From positions 155,565,935 to 155,629,934 of the forward strand of contig NC_068982.1 of NCBI RefSeq assembly GCF_001194135.2: 64,000 nucleotides of DNA, written 5' to 3'. Of the stretch, positions 1 through 33,474 are shown piece by piece; position 1 is the stretch's first letter; every line of letters starts with the position of its first letter. This DNA comes from Octopus bimaculoides (taxonomy: Eukaryota). The notes under the pieces were generated by a model. It ran no database searches. It saw only the letters and a program-made list of their open reading frames with translations, and had not been told where the DNA came from. Made by a program: the position numbers and the translations under genes.

Positions 1-185
1 GTAAGAGTGAGAGAAAGTTGTGGTGAAAGAGTACAGCAGGGTTCGCCACCATCCCCTGCCGGAGCCTCGTGGAGCTTTTAGGTGTTTTTGCTCAATAAAC
101 ACTCACAACGCCCGGTCTGGGAATCGAAACCGCGATCCTATGACCGCGAGTCCGCTGCCCTAACCACTGGGCCATTGCGCCTCCA
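1..185 (-). mobile_element. tRNA-derived SINE (tRNA-Arg-like head)
   Basis: Minus strand GGAGGCGCAATGGCCCAGTGGTTAGGGCAGCGGACTCGCGG...GGTTTCGATTCC gives Pol III A and B boxes followed by a non-tRNA body. Confidence 0.75.
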
Positions 186-407
186 CCCTAGCACATCTAG
201 TGCTAAACAATAAAACAAAATACAATAATAGACTAACAAACGTAATTCCTTTAATTTGAGATTGTTTTACTAACTTGACTGGCTATTTAGATTAGGCCTT
301 ATACAATATTTGCATTCCTGATGCTAATATTGATGAACATATGGTGCTCATATTGGCTACAGTTTATGAAAAACATAAGATAGTTAACAAAAAAAAAGTG
401 TATTTAC

Positions 408-23093
<22,686 letters not shown>

Positions 23094-23736
23094 ATTGAAA
23101 TGGTTGATTGTAGAGTTTTTAAAGAGAGAGAGTGTGTGAGAAAGAAACAGATATTTCCCCGAAACACAAATATAAAGACTGCTCAGTCGATACTATTACT
23201 ATTATTGGCAACTACTGTAGTTGTTTCAATGAGACAGTAGTGATGGTCACTAACTACGACGAGAGTAGAAAAGACAGAGGGAGGTAACAGCGGCGACAAT
23301 ATATCCAATGTCGACGACTTCTCTCTCCAAATGGACGACGTGTCTCGTTCAGAATGACAGCCTCGCTTTCGATCTGACCAACCTGTTTTATTAACCTTCT
23401 CTAGAGAAGGTTTCCACTCCTCTTACAAAGGTGGTAACTAGTTGTTGTTAGGTACGCCGCATGGCGGACAGTCACAGTTTTAGTACTAATATTTATCCCT
23501 GCTTAAACGTGGATGTTCTATTAGAACAAACTATACTGTAGTAAATACCGTGAAAGAAATTCCCATATTAGCTTTTAGCGCAAAATGCAAGCTTGTTTAC
23601 ATTGCTAGCAGGGAGATAAATCCCCCGCTACCTCCAGTTTTAGTAGTGTCTCTTGAATCGCGAGGGGAATCTTCTACATGGTTGCTTTAACTACTAGAGG
23701 TAGCAGCCAAATCTTCTTCATATCACATCTTATCGG

Positions 23737-23945
23737 TGGCAAGATGGTAGAATCCTTAGCATGCCGGACAAACTGCTTATCAGCATTTCGTCCATCTTCA
23801 CATTCTGCGTCCATACTCCGCGGAGGTTGATTTTTGCCTTTCATTTTGTCGAGGTCAGTGGAATGAGTAGCAGTTGAGTACTGGCGTCCATATAATCGAC
23901 TAGTTTTCTCCCCCGAAATTTTGGTTCTTGTGCCTATAGTAGAAA
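23737..23945 (+). mobile_element. tRNA-derived SINE, diverged
   Basis: GGTGGCAAGATGGTAGAATCCTTAGCATGCCGGACAAA...GAGGTTGATTTTTGCCTTTCA, with the same tail type as the 1293 copy. Confidence 0.6.
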
Positions 23946-24119
23946 TCCTTAAGGAAAAACATTATACGAATCTTTTCTTAGCTGGTAAAGACTACCGCAC
24001 CTTATTCAAAGAAATGAACAACCAATTATCTCTCATAAATGGTATTCTGCAAATAAGCTTTCTTTGAACGTAGATAAGACTAAGTATACTCTATTCTATT
24101 CGTCAGCTAATGACGAGGA

Positions 24120-24700
24120 TCTGCCTTTACAGTCCCCAAAACTTCGCTTTGGCTCAAAAGAAGTCAAAAGGTCCAGATATACAGTTTCTGGGAATCCTCA
24201 TTGACGAAAATTCGAATTGGAAATTGCTCGTTTAAGCAATAGAAATCCTAACTATTGACACAAATTGGAATTATCTGTTGGAGTATCATATGTTTTTGGA
24301 CAGCAAAGCGATGAAAATGTTATATTTTGCTTTTGTTCATCCATATTTAATATACACTAGTTTGGGGTAGTGTCAAGAAGTTAAAATTAAGTAAACTTCA
24401 TACTTTACAAAAATGTGCAATGAGGAATACATTAAAGGCTCCCAGAGGATCTCACTCTCAGCCTTTAATAATGGATAATAAAATACTAAACGTTTATTAA
24501 ATGAATTTGGCTGCTCACTTGAGACTAATGTTCAAAGTTTATCACAACTCTACACCAAAATGTGTTTAGGAAAAATTTATAGAGAATATTCACAAATATC
24601 CGACGAAGTATTCAAGGGCAACATTCAAATGTAATAGTTATGACGCAACAAAATTTTCAGTTAACCCTCTCGTGGACCAGCTGTCTGGGATCATCTTTGT
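24120..24700 (+). mobile_element. Old CR1/L2-group LINE, RT C-terminal fragment
   Basis: FLGILIDENSNWK, KMLYFAFVHPYLIY, LHTLQKCAMR, with stops and frameshifts. Confidence 0.7.
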
Positions 24701-25912
24701 GTGCAAAGATACAATTCTCCCAGACTCATCAGATGTAAAAAAAATGTTAAAAAGATGTTGAGTAGTCAAGGAATCTGGTTGTGATAAAACCCTACCGTTA
24801 GTAACGTTAAAAACATTTTAAAAATGACTTTGCATACAGCTAGCGAAGTAAAAGAAAGGATACACTGGAAATGTTATTCTCTATGTGATTGGTAGACTTA
24901 ATCAGTCACCTAGCTTAAAATATCACCACCTGGTCTTTGAGTCCCTTTTGGGAGTCCTTTCAATTGTAAGAAATGAGACTAGGTTTCAAGAGACAATGTA
25001 ATAGATTACATTATCGTTCTTTCTGGGATGTTCATAGCTAGAACGTCATGTGGCTGTCCAACAATTCAAACATAATACCCAGAAAGAAACACAGGTTAAT
25101 GCGAGAACCGCTTATGTGATCACTTGACCCGCTAAACATAGCAGATAAATATTCTCTCAAATCACACTTCACTTGCAGGAAAAAAGAATGGAGGACACAT
25201 ACGATAATCTGTAACCGGAAAAATAAAACACCAGATAGTTGTAGTTGGTGCGTCCTTGATTATAGATCTGTTAGATCGGGGTTGAACTGAGAATAAACAA
25301 CGATACCACTAGGAACCAATGGAGGAGCTTCATCATGGTCACTTGCTCTGTTAGAAATAGCAGCCAAATTTTCTCTCAAATCACACTACCAATCCCAACG
25401 ACTGCAGCATCACAAGCCAAATGAAAGAAACTATGTTGTCATACGATCAGCTTGTAATATCAACCAAATCACATTCTATTATCATAGAAAAAACCCCACA
25501 TTAGATAATGATGTTCAAGAAGCACTGATGAAATAGTCGATTCAGAGCAAATCCGGACTTAAACAATGTTATCTGCTGACATTAATTAGGTCACTGTTAT
25601 AAATGTCTTCAAACGTAAATTAAATAATAAATGATATTGTTTTCATGTTATACATCGTTCATCTCCATTTGCTCATGCAATTTAATTTAGACTGTCTCAT
25701 TCCCTCCAACAACTAATGTATTTCAAGCATTTAATATTTTAGCAAACTAGTTCGTTTAAGAAAATCTCTGTTAGAGATGGAAGCGTTATTTATACTGAGG
25801 AGTAATGTTTATCGCCACTTAAAGGTGGAGGTTCTTTAAGAACAGATGATACTGCTATTTTAACCCCAGGAGGATGCTTCCTCCAGCTGGCTATTCAGTG
25901 TGCTTTGCACTC

Positions 25913-25914
<2 letters not shown>

Positions 25915-25950
<36 letters not shown>
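25915..25950. repeat. (TA)n microsatellite; further (TA)n tracts near 26218, 27326, 28766, 42296 and 52663
   Basis: Direct reading. Confidence 0.95.
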
Positions 25951-25952
<2 letters not shown>

Positions 25953-26058
25953 TGGAAAATATGTAGAAAAAAATATAAAAAGTGGAAGAGAAATGCCTTC
26001 GTTTCATATAGTTTAATATCTTTTTATAAATATATACATATTAAATGGATGTTGTGAA

Positions 26059-26100
26059 ATCCAACCGGTTTTCGCTATTTAAATTAGCTTTTCAAGGGAC
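26059..26100 (-). ncRNA. Hammerhead-like motif, U3-A8 core variant, probably slightly decayed
   Basis: Minus strand reads gtccc TTGAAAA GCTA-atttaaa-TAGC GAAAA CCGGT T GGAT. Relative to an ideal GAAACCGGTT|GGGA it has one extra A and one missing G. Confidence 0.5.
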
Positions 26101-26215
26101 ATTGTACAGTAATCAGTTCTCGTGACAGAGGGGTCTTATCATTTTGGATGTTATGCCCCGTGATGTATACTGAATCTTTAGTATCTTTGCTCCTTGTATA
26201 TTTCTATATTTCTCC

Positions 26216-26260
<45 letters not shown>

Positions 26261-27150
26261 ATAATATCAGTGTGCATACTCAACAGAGTGTAAGTACCTT
26301 GAGAGAAAAGTTGAACCTAAGAAGCATCAGATGTGGTGCGCAAGAGAGACAACTGCGCTGGTATGGTCATGTGGTGAGAATGGATGAGCATAGTTGTGCG
26401 AAAAGGTGCCACACCCTAGCAGTTGAGGGAACCCGTGGAAGAGGTACATCCAGGAAGACCTGGGATGAGGTGGTGAAGCACGACCTTCAAACATTAGGCC
26501 TCACCGAGGCAATGACTAGTGACCAAGACCTTTGGAAATATGTTGTGCTTGAGAAGACCCGGCAAGCCAAGTGAGACCATAACCCATGGCCTATGTCAGG
26601 AGTGTAACCAGTCCTCTTATGTGTACCTTTCCTTCATTGGACATTAAACTCTGCTTGCGAAGACCAGTTGAGGCAAGTGATATCGAAATCAAATTCCATG
26701 ACAGCACCGCATGACTGGCATCCATGCTAGTGGAGCATGATCGTTGCCAGGGCAGCTGACTGGCTCCCATGCCGGTGGCATGAAAAAAGCACCATTCGAG
26801 CATGATCATTACTAACATCGCCTTACTGGCACTTGTGCCGGTGGCATGTGAAAAAAAAAATATTCGAGCGAGGTCGTTGTCAATGCCACTGGACTCGCTC
26901 CTGTGCAGGTGGCACATAAAAAACACCATTTGAGTGTGGCCATTGCCAGTCCCACCTGACTGTCCCTCGTGCCGGTGGCACATAAAAGCACCTACTACAC
27001 TCTCAGAGTGGTTGGTGTTAAGAAGGGCATCCAGCTATAGAAATCTGCCAGATCAGATTGAAGCCTGGTGCAGCCATCTGGTTTGCCCAGTCCTCAGTCA
27101 AATCATCCAACCTGTGCCAGCATAGAAAGTGGATGTTAAACGATGATGAT
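26261..27150 (+). mobile_element. RTE-clade LINE, 5'-truncated: ORF2 C-terminus, repetitive 3'UTR and (GAT)n tail
   Basis: [12 protein letters not shown]...RGRGTSRKTWDEVVKHDL...DLWK is typical of the RTE ORF2 C-terminus. Confidence 0.85.
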
Positions 27151-27340
27151 GATATATATACATATATATAATAATAATATAGATTTAATCAAAAGATATA
27201 TATATACTATATTAATTCTCTGAGCAACAGACAATGTGTGTCGTTAGCTGGAAGAGATGTCTTCCTGGGGCTATAAACGTCAGTAGCACTGTCCCGTATA
27301 GGACTCCACACTTGGTTGGCAGTTATATATATATATATAT

Positions 27341-28765
27341 AATAATAATATTAGGGACAAAATCCAAAATTACAGGTAAAAAACTCAATTAAAATCAATT
27401 TATAAAAAATTAAAATTAAATTGAGCCTTATAGATAAAGTATATATAAAATATATAGTTTTATATATACTTTATCGTTTAACATCCACTTTCTATGCTGG
27501 CACAGGTTGGATGATTTGACTGAGGACTGGCTGCACCAGGCTTCAATCTGATCTGGCAGATTTCTATAGCTGGATGCCCTTCTTAACACCAACCACTCTG
27601 AGAGTGTAGTAGGTGCTTTTATGTGCCACCGGCACGAGGGACAGTCAGGTGGGACTGGCAATGGCCACACTCAAATGCTAAAGACTTTCTACTATTTGAA
27701 AATAATATGTATTCTTGTTTTTATACTATTCATTTGGTTCTTTATAGATTATTTTTAATAGATAACTTATTTAACACTAAATTATTTAGAAGTTATAGTT
27801 TCATTTCAACATAATATTAGAACTTCGATTTGNNNNNNNNNNNNNNNNNNNNNNNNNNNNNNNNNNNNNNNNNNNNNNNNNNNNNNNNNNNNNNNNNNNN
27901 NNNNNNNNNNNNNNNNNNNNNNNNNNNNNNNNNNNNNNNNNNNNNNNNNNNNNNNNNNNNNNNNNNNNNNNNNNNNNNNNNNNNNNNNNNNNNNNNNNNN
28001 NNNNNNNNNNNNNNNNNNNNNNNNNNNNNNNNNNNNNNNNNNNNNNNNNNNNNNNNNNNNNNNNNNNNNNNNNNNNNNNNNNNNNNNNNNNNNNNNNNNN
28101 NNNNNNNNNNNNNNNNNNNNNNNNNNNNNNNNNNNNNNNNNNNNNNNNNNNNNNNNNNNNNNNNNNNNNNNNNNNNNNNNNNNNNNNNNNNNNNNNNNNN
28201 NNNNNNNNNNNNNNNNNNNNNNNNNNNNNNNNNNNNNNNNNNNNNNNNNNNNNNNNNNNNNNNNNNNNNNNNNNNNNNNNNNNNNNNNNNNNNNNNNNNN
28301 NNNNNNNNNNNNNNNNNNNNNNNNNNNNNNNNNNNNNNNNNNNNNNNNNNNNNNNNNNNNNNNNNNNNNNNNNNNNNNNNNNNNNNNNNNNNNNNNNNNN
28401 NNNNNNNNNNNNNNNNNNNNNNNNNNNNNNNNNNNNNNNATTTTCGATAATTTCAATTGATTTTAATCGATTTAAATTTCTTTTCTATTTGAAAATTGGT
28501 TATGAAACACGTGTAATCTTTTTATTATATTTATCTTATGATATTTACTTTACTTTATATTATACTCATTTATTGTGCTTTTAATTATTAATTTTTCTAT
28601 ATGTGATAGTGGATTTCATCGATGAGTTCTTGAAAATTGGTTATTTTCCCTAAAACTATATATTTATATATACTTTATCTATAAGGCTCAATTCAATATT
28701 AATTTTTTATAAATTGATTTTAATTGAGTTTTTACCTGTAATTTTGGATTTTGTCCCTAATATTA
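27341..28765. mobile_element. AT-rich element with about 120-bp inverted arms; putative Penelope-like pLTR remnant; interior partly an N gap
   Basis: ATTAGGGACAAAATCCAAAATTACAGG...ATATATAGTTT at 27350-27460 recurs inverted at about 28652-28762. Both ends abut (TA)n, and a hammerhead-like motif lies inside. Confidence 0.55.
28487..28517 (+). ncRNA. Degenerate minimal hammerhead-like motif (U3-A8 core, palindromic stem III)
   Basis: TTGAAAA-ttggttat-GAA-ACACGTGT-A. Stem II is essentially absent and stem I has only 2 bp. Confidence 0.3.
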
Positions 28766-28788
28766 TTATATATATATATATATATATT

Positions 28789-28980
28789 TATTGCAAACAG
28801 GGAGAGAACTCCCTACTATGACTGTGACACTGTTTTTTCTATATATTGCATGCTGGGTTAGACTGCCGCTATGTCTAACAGATGAGTATCCATCACTGAA
28901 GATGATCTAATAAGATCGAAATCATGTGATATGGTGGTCTCCAAACTAGGATAGTAGGGAGTTCTCTCCCACTTGCAATA
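28789..28980. mobile_element. About 190-bp hammerhead-containing mini-element with about 30-bp imperfect terminal inverted repeats, flanked by (TA)n
   Basis: TATTGCAAacaGGGAGAGAACTCCCTACTAT (28789-28819) is the reverse complement of ATAGTAGGGAGTTCTCTCCCacTTGCAATA (28951-28980). Confidence 0.7.
28890..28937 (+). ncRNA. Minimal type I hammerhead ribozyme (Penelope/retrozyme type)
   Basis: Stem I CCATCA/TGGTGG, core CTGAAGA plus an extra T, stem II GATCT-AATA-AGATC, GAAA, short stem III ATC(ATGT)GAT, predicted cleavage after AUA at 28931. Confidence 0.8.
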
Positions 28981-30847
28981 TATATTATATGCGAAGCATA
29001 CTGAATAGCCAGCTGGAGGAAGTGTCCTTATGGGGTTAAAATAGCAGTATTGTCTTCTTAACGAACATTCATGTTTAAGTGAAAATGAACATTACATCTA
29101 GTATTTTATTTCTATTTATATATGCTCTTTAGGATCTTAGAAAACTTATCACTCATGAGCCAATGAGGAAGCTTCTGTAAAGTAGGTTCATTTTCAAGTA
29201 ATAAGAACATATTGGATAACGAAGTCTGATACATTATGCTGCAGAGTTTTAGAATAGCTGTCTCATGAAACCCTATACATCATGGGAACTGTAAAGGTTA
29301 CAGAAATGGGAGGTAAAAATGAAAAAACAAAAAGGAAAAAAAAATAATAAATTGGAATTTTCGGCATGACAAATCCTTTTTAATTGGAATTGTAATTTCA
29401 GTTCTATGAAATAAGGAATATTAAAGGGGGTGAAAATTATATCCTTTTCCTTTTCTATAAGCTATGGGACTATCTTGTTCAATGAGTGATCCATCTTTTT
29501 AATACTAAATGCTTCACACAGCTCAACACTACTTATTTCTTGGGTTTCTTTAACAAAAGTCAAAACAGTTGTTAGTGCTTAAACCAGGTTTCCTTCCTCC
29601 CAACAGTCTCCAGAACCCTGAAAAGTGTCATGGGCACTGTTATTTCTATTCCTACTAAATCTTTATTCCAACATCTTAGGGAAAAACATTGGATTGTGTA
29701 AAATAAGGTACACTATTCCTTAAAAAAATATGGGCAGTCATCACTTGAATGAATTTATATTTATTTATGTCACATCTTTTTTTTTTAAGATAAAGTGTAA
29801 CTAGAGCTTGATTAACCAATATCTCATTCCTTTTGAAGACAATAGGATGTGATTGTAGTAGTATTTGGCTATTATTCTTAATAGATTAAATGATCACATA
29901 CAGGCCTCTGTTCTAGGTATTGTACAGTGGTTACAATTATTGGCTTCATAATACTGTGAGCTGATCAGGATATTTTCCAGGAGCTGACAGTTCACCATTT
30001 CAATGCCTTTGATTCAAACCATACCTACTCCAACTTTGTGTGTCGTATTCTAGTAGACGGGTAACCAACAGAACTACAATATATTAAAGTACCTGTCATA
30101 GATGGTGGTTCAGTAAATCTGTTGTGTTACTTTTTCTTATTGTGCCTTGTGCAGTGGGTTTGTATGTGCACGAGACAGTAGTAGCAAGTTTGCTTATACT
30201 TGTGAATACATATTCAAGAGATTCTGAATTTGATGCAGTGTATATATTTCAGTAAATCTAAATATGATTAGCTATGTTAAGCAATTTTTATTGCATGGAG
30301 AGGAGGGAAAAGGCTACTATATATATATTGTCTGATGGGTCCCTTGAAGGAAGTGTAATGGCTAAGTGTATCTAGCACTGTGGTTACAGCAGCTAAGACG
30401 AGCTGCAAAAGATGTATTTGATGTGCTGAGCTGAGTAATCTTTCTCTATATACACCATGGTCAGAGCAAGAACAGAAAAAGTAGTACAGAAAACATAGTC
30501 AGTGTTGCTTATTGAAATGCCAGGAAAAATGGCAGTTAGGGTTAGCAAGTTTGATCAGGTTAAGCTGTTTGGTGAGTTGATGGTAGATGAAAAATGGAAT
30601 ACTGCAGTGGGAATTACCAGTAGCTGCAGTGCCTGACAGAAGTGATATCAAGAATTAGAGTTTGGGGTGACACGGACATGGAAACAATCACTGGAGGCAC
30701 AGGTACTAGGGTAAAAATATGTAGTATTGAATGTATGCTGTTTAAACCAAAGAGTCAAAAAGATATGTACAATAAAAGTTAAGTGCCCTGGGAAAGCAAA
30801 ATCATTCATGGGTAGCAAGAAATCTTAATCATCATCTTCATCATCCA

Positions 30848-30848
<1 letters not shown>

Positions 30849-30884
<36 letters not shown>
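30849..30884. repeat. (CAT)n microsatellite
   Basis: Direct reading. Confidence 0.9.
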
Positions 30885-30885
<1 letters not shown>

Positions 30886-31734
30886 AGACTGCACCAAGTT
30901 CCAGAAAGCAAAAATTAAAAGCAAAACAAAAAGGATGCAACATAAACTAATGAGAAAGAAGAAGAAGAAAAAGAAAGGCAAACTGTCTGAAGCCACATGT
31001 TCTATCAACCGAGAAATATTGCTGAAATGAAAATTCCAAGGACATGTGAAAAGAAAGTATATGATGAGTTTAAGAGATCCATAAGCACAGATGATTATGT
31101 GGAATTAACTCATAGGAGAAGGTTGATTTTGCATGTCTGTACGCAAGGTGCAGGTTGTGTATTAATTTAAAGTAGTTTTCCATACCAGACTGCCATACAT
31201 TTTGCAGTGTAGTCTTCAAGGGTACAAAGCAATTGTTTTGAGTGCAAGTCTTTATTGCAATCATAAAATTTACAGTGTGAGATCACCAAGCAGCACATAT
31301 GTTGGTTGATGATCACTAGTTTTAACATAATGTATGCAGTAGGCTATATATTTTTCTTAATTAGGTTTTCATGTATTGGAAACAGCACTGCTTAGTTTGG
31401 TTGCATCTATATATGCTCTTCAAGATCTTGGATAACCAACTTAACAATGGAAAGATGAGAGATGTAAAGGTTTCACTTCATCATAATGTGTCTATTGTTA
31501 AAAGGATTGTATCAGACATAATGGTCTAATACGGAGCTACAGGAAAAGAAAGTCCTTTTCATAAAGTCATGTATATGTTAACTGGTTCTTTAGTTATGCT
31601 AAACAAACAGTTAAGTTGTTAGAATATGAACAAGAGAGGAAAGAGCAAAAGAGGGGGAGAGAGAGAAAGAAGAGAGAGAGAGAAAAGGAGGAGAGAGATT
31701 GTAATACAAGTATCATTTGCTATAGATTGTTGAC

Positions 31735-32500
31735 AAGTCACTTCAAGAGTGTAATGGGTGCTTTTACGTGCCACAGGCATGGGTGCTAGTTGTGTGACAC
31801 CAGTATTCACCATGACTACGATTTCACTTGGCTTGATGGGTCTTCTTCTCAAGCACAGCAAATTGCCAAAGGTCTCAGTCATTTGTCACTGACTCCTTGA
31901 GGCCCAGCATTCAAAAGGTGCTTTTTATCTGCCACCTGCATGGGTGCTAGTTATGCAATACTGGCATCAGCCACATTCTCTTTGTGAGGCCCAACGCTTG
32001 AAAGCTGCTTTTTATGTACCACTAGCATGGGTGCCAGTTACATGACACCAACAACAGACACAACTATGATTTCATTTGACCTGACAGGTCTCAAGTACAA
32101 CATATTGCCAAAGGTCTTTGTTACTTGTCAGTGCTTCTGAAGATCATGCTTCATCACCTTGTCCCATGTCTTCCAGGGTCTCCCTCTTTCACAGCTTCCT
32201 TCCACTGGTAGAGATCGGCACTTCTTCACACAACTGTCCACATTCATATGCATCACATGACCAAACCAATGCAGTCATTGGTCTTGTATACCACATCTGA
32301 TGCCTTTTATGTCCGACTTTTCTCTCAAGATATTTACACTCTGTCATACATGCACACTGACATTGCACATCCAATGAAGCATACTAGCTTCATTTCTTTC
32401 AAGCCTATGCATGTTCTCAGCAGTCACAGCCTATGTTTCACTGCTGTGTAGCATGGCTGTTCACAGACAGGCATCACACAATCTGTCTTACACTCAAAGT
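31735..32500 (-). mobile_element. RTE LINE 3' fragment
   Basis: Reverse complement of the same ORF2 C-terminus and 3'UTR family. Confidence 0.7.
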
Positions 32501-33338
32501 CTTTCACACCAGTCATGTAAAAAGCACCTACTACACTATCGGAATAATTGGCATTAAAGAAAGGCATCCAGCTGTAAAAACCATGCCAAATCACATTGGA
32601 ACCTGGTGCAGCTCCTCAGCTTACCAGTTTTCGGTCAAACCATCCAAACCATGCCAACATGGAAAACGGACGTAAAATGATGATGATTATGATGATGGTG
32701 GTGGTGGTGGTAATGTCTTTCTTTCTTGTAAAAAAAAAAAAAGAAAGAAAAAAAGGGATGTGATTTAGTTGGTACTAATATTAAACTCTGCTAGATATAT
32801 ATCCACCTCTTCTACAAAATCTAGCTGTTTGTTTCCCTTGCAAAGGTTCATGTTCTACATGTGGCTGAATTGTTGTAGCTCTGTACTTGACTACGAAATA
32901 CCAAAATATTTAACAAAATTTTTCTCTGACTATTACTATATAATTGTATTATTAATTACGTCAGCTAGAATCAGTATGGAGTCAATATGTCAACTACTGT
33001 CCACTTAATGTTGATAGTAAATTTCCATATCGTATTCAACGTTAAGCTGACTATTGCCAACATTTGTCTTCTGCTAAAAACACGCCACATGTTTACCTTT
33101 GTATGTTACCAATACGTGGAGTGTTTGTTACTCCTGTGTTTCTAATACATGGCATAGTTTTTTTTGTTTTCCTGGTTTAGTTTCAAATTTAAATCAAGTA
33201 ACAGAAATTAAAATAGAAATAAATGAAAAATTAATCGATATTCAGTAGTAGGATTTCTGCGGTTTTAAATTGACGGAAGTGGTAAGATCCACGCGTGAAA
33301 TTCGCGCCAAATTTCTTCCTTCGCATCGGCTGGCTTCC

Positions 33339-33346
33339 AAGATGGC
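33339..33346 (+). promoter_or_regulatory. YY1-like motif AAGATGGC overlapping the IPO9 start codon
   Basis: Exact core match, an arrangement common at housekeeping gene starts. Motif only. Confidence 0.35.
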
Positions 33347-33474
33347 AGGTGATGGTGATCGTAACAAGTCCCTGAAAGAAGCTTTAATTGACAGTCTCAC
33401 TGCTATTCTGTCTCCTCTACACGACGTTCGAGTGAATGGAGAGGAACAGATCAAAGCCCTTGAGGTGACAGAAG
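33342..33474 (+). CDS. IPO9: IPO9 exon 1
   Basis: aagATGG start context, [15 protein letters not shown]...KALEVTE+G, donor GTGCAT. Confidence 0.92.

Noticed and set aside
1-185. tRNA gene
   Set aside because: The tRNA-like head lacks a proper acceptor stem and continues into a SINE body.
23455-23467. CCGC-ATG-GCGG YY1-like motif upstream of RPN1
   Set aside because: A short motif with unknown transcription start, so it cannot be supported as functional.
29900-30780. Possible old antisense LINE fragment
   Set aside because: No diagnostic motif could be recovered by eye.
33270-33341. In-frame N-terminal extension of IPO9 from a TTG
   Set aside because: Near-cognate start only, no homology, in-frame stop at 33249, and the ATG at 33342 has good context.
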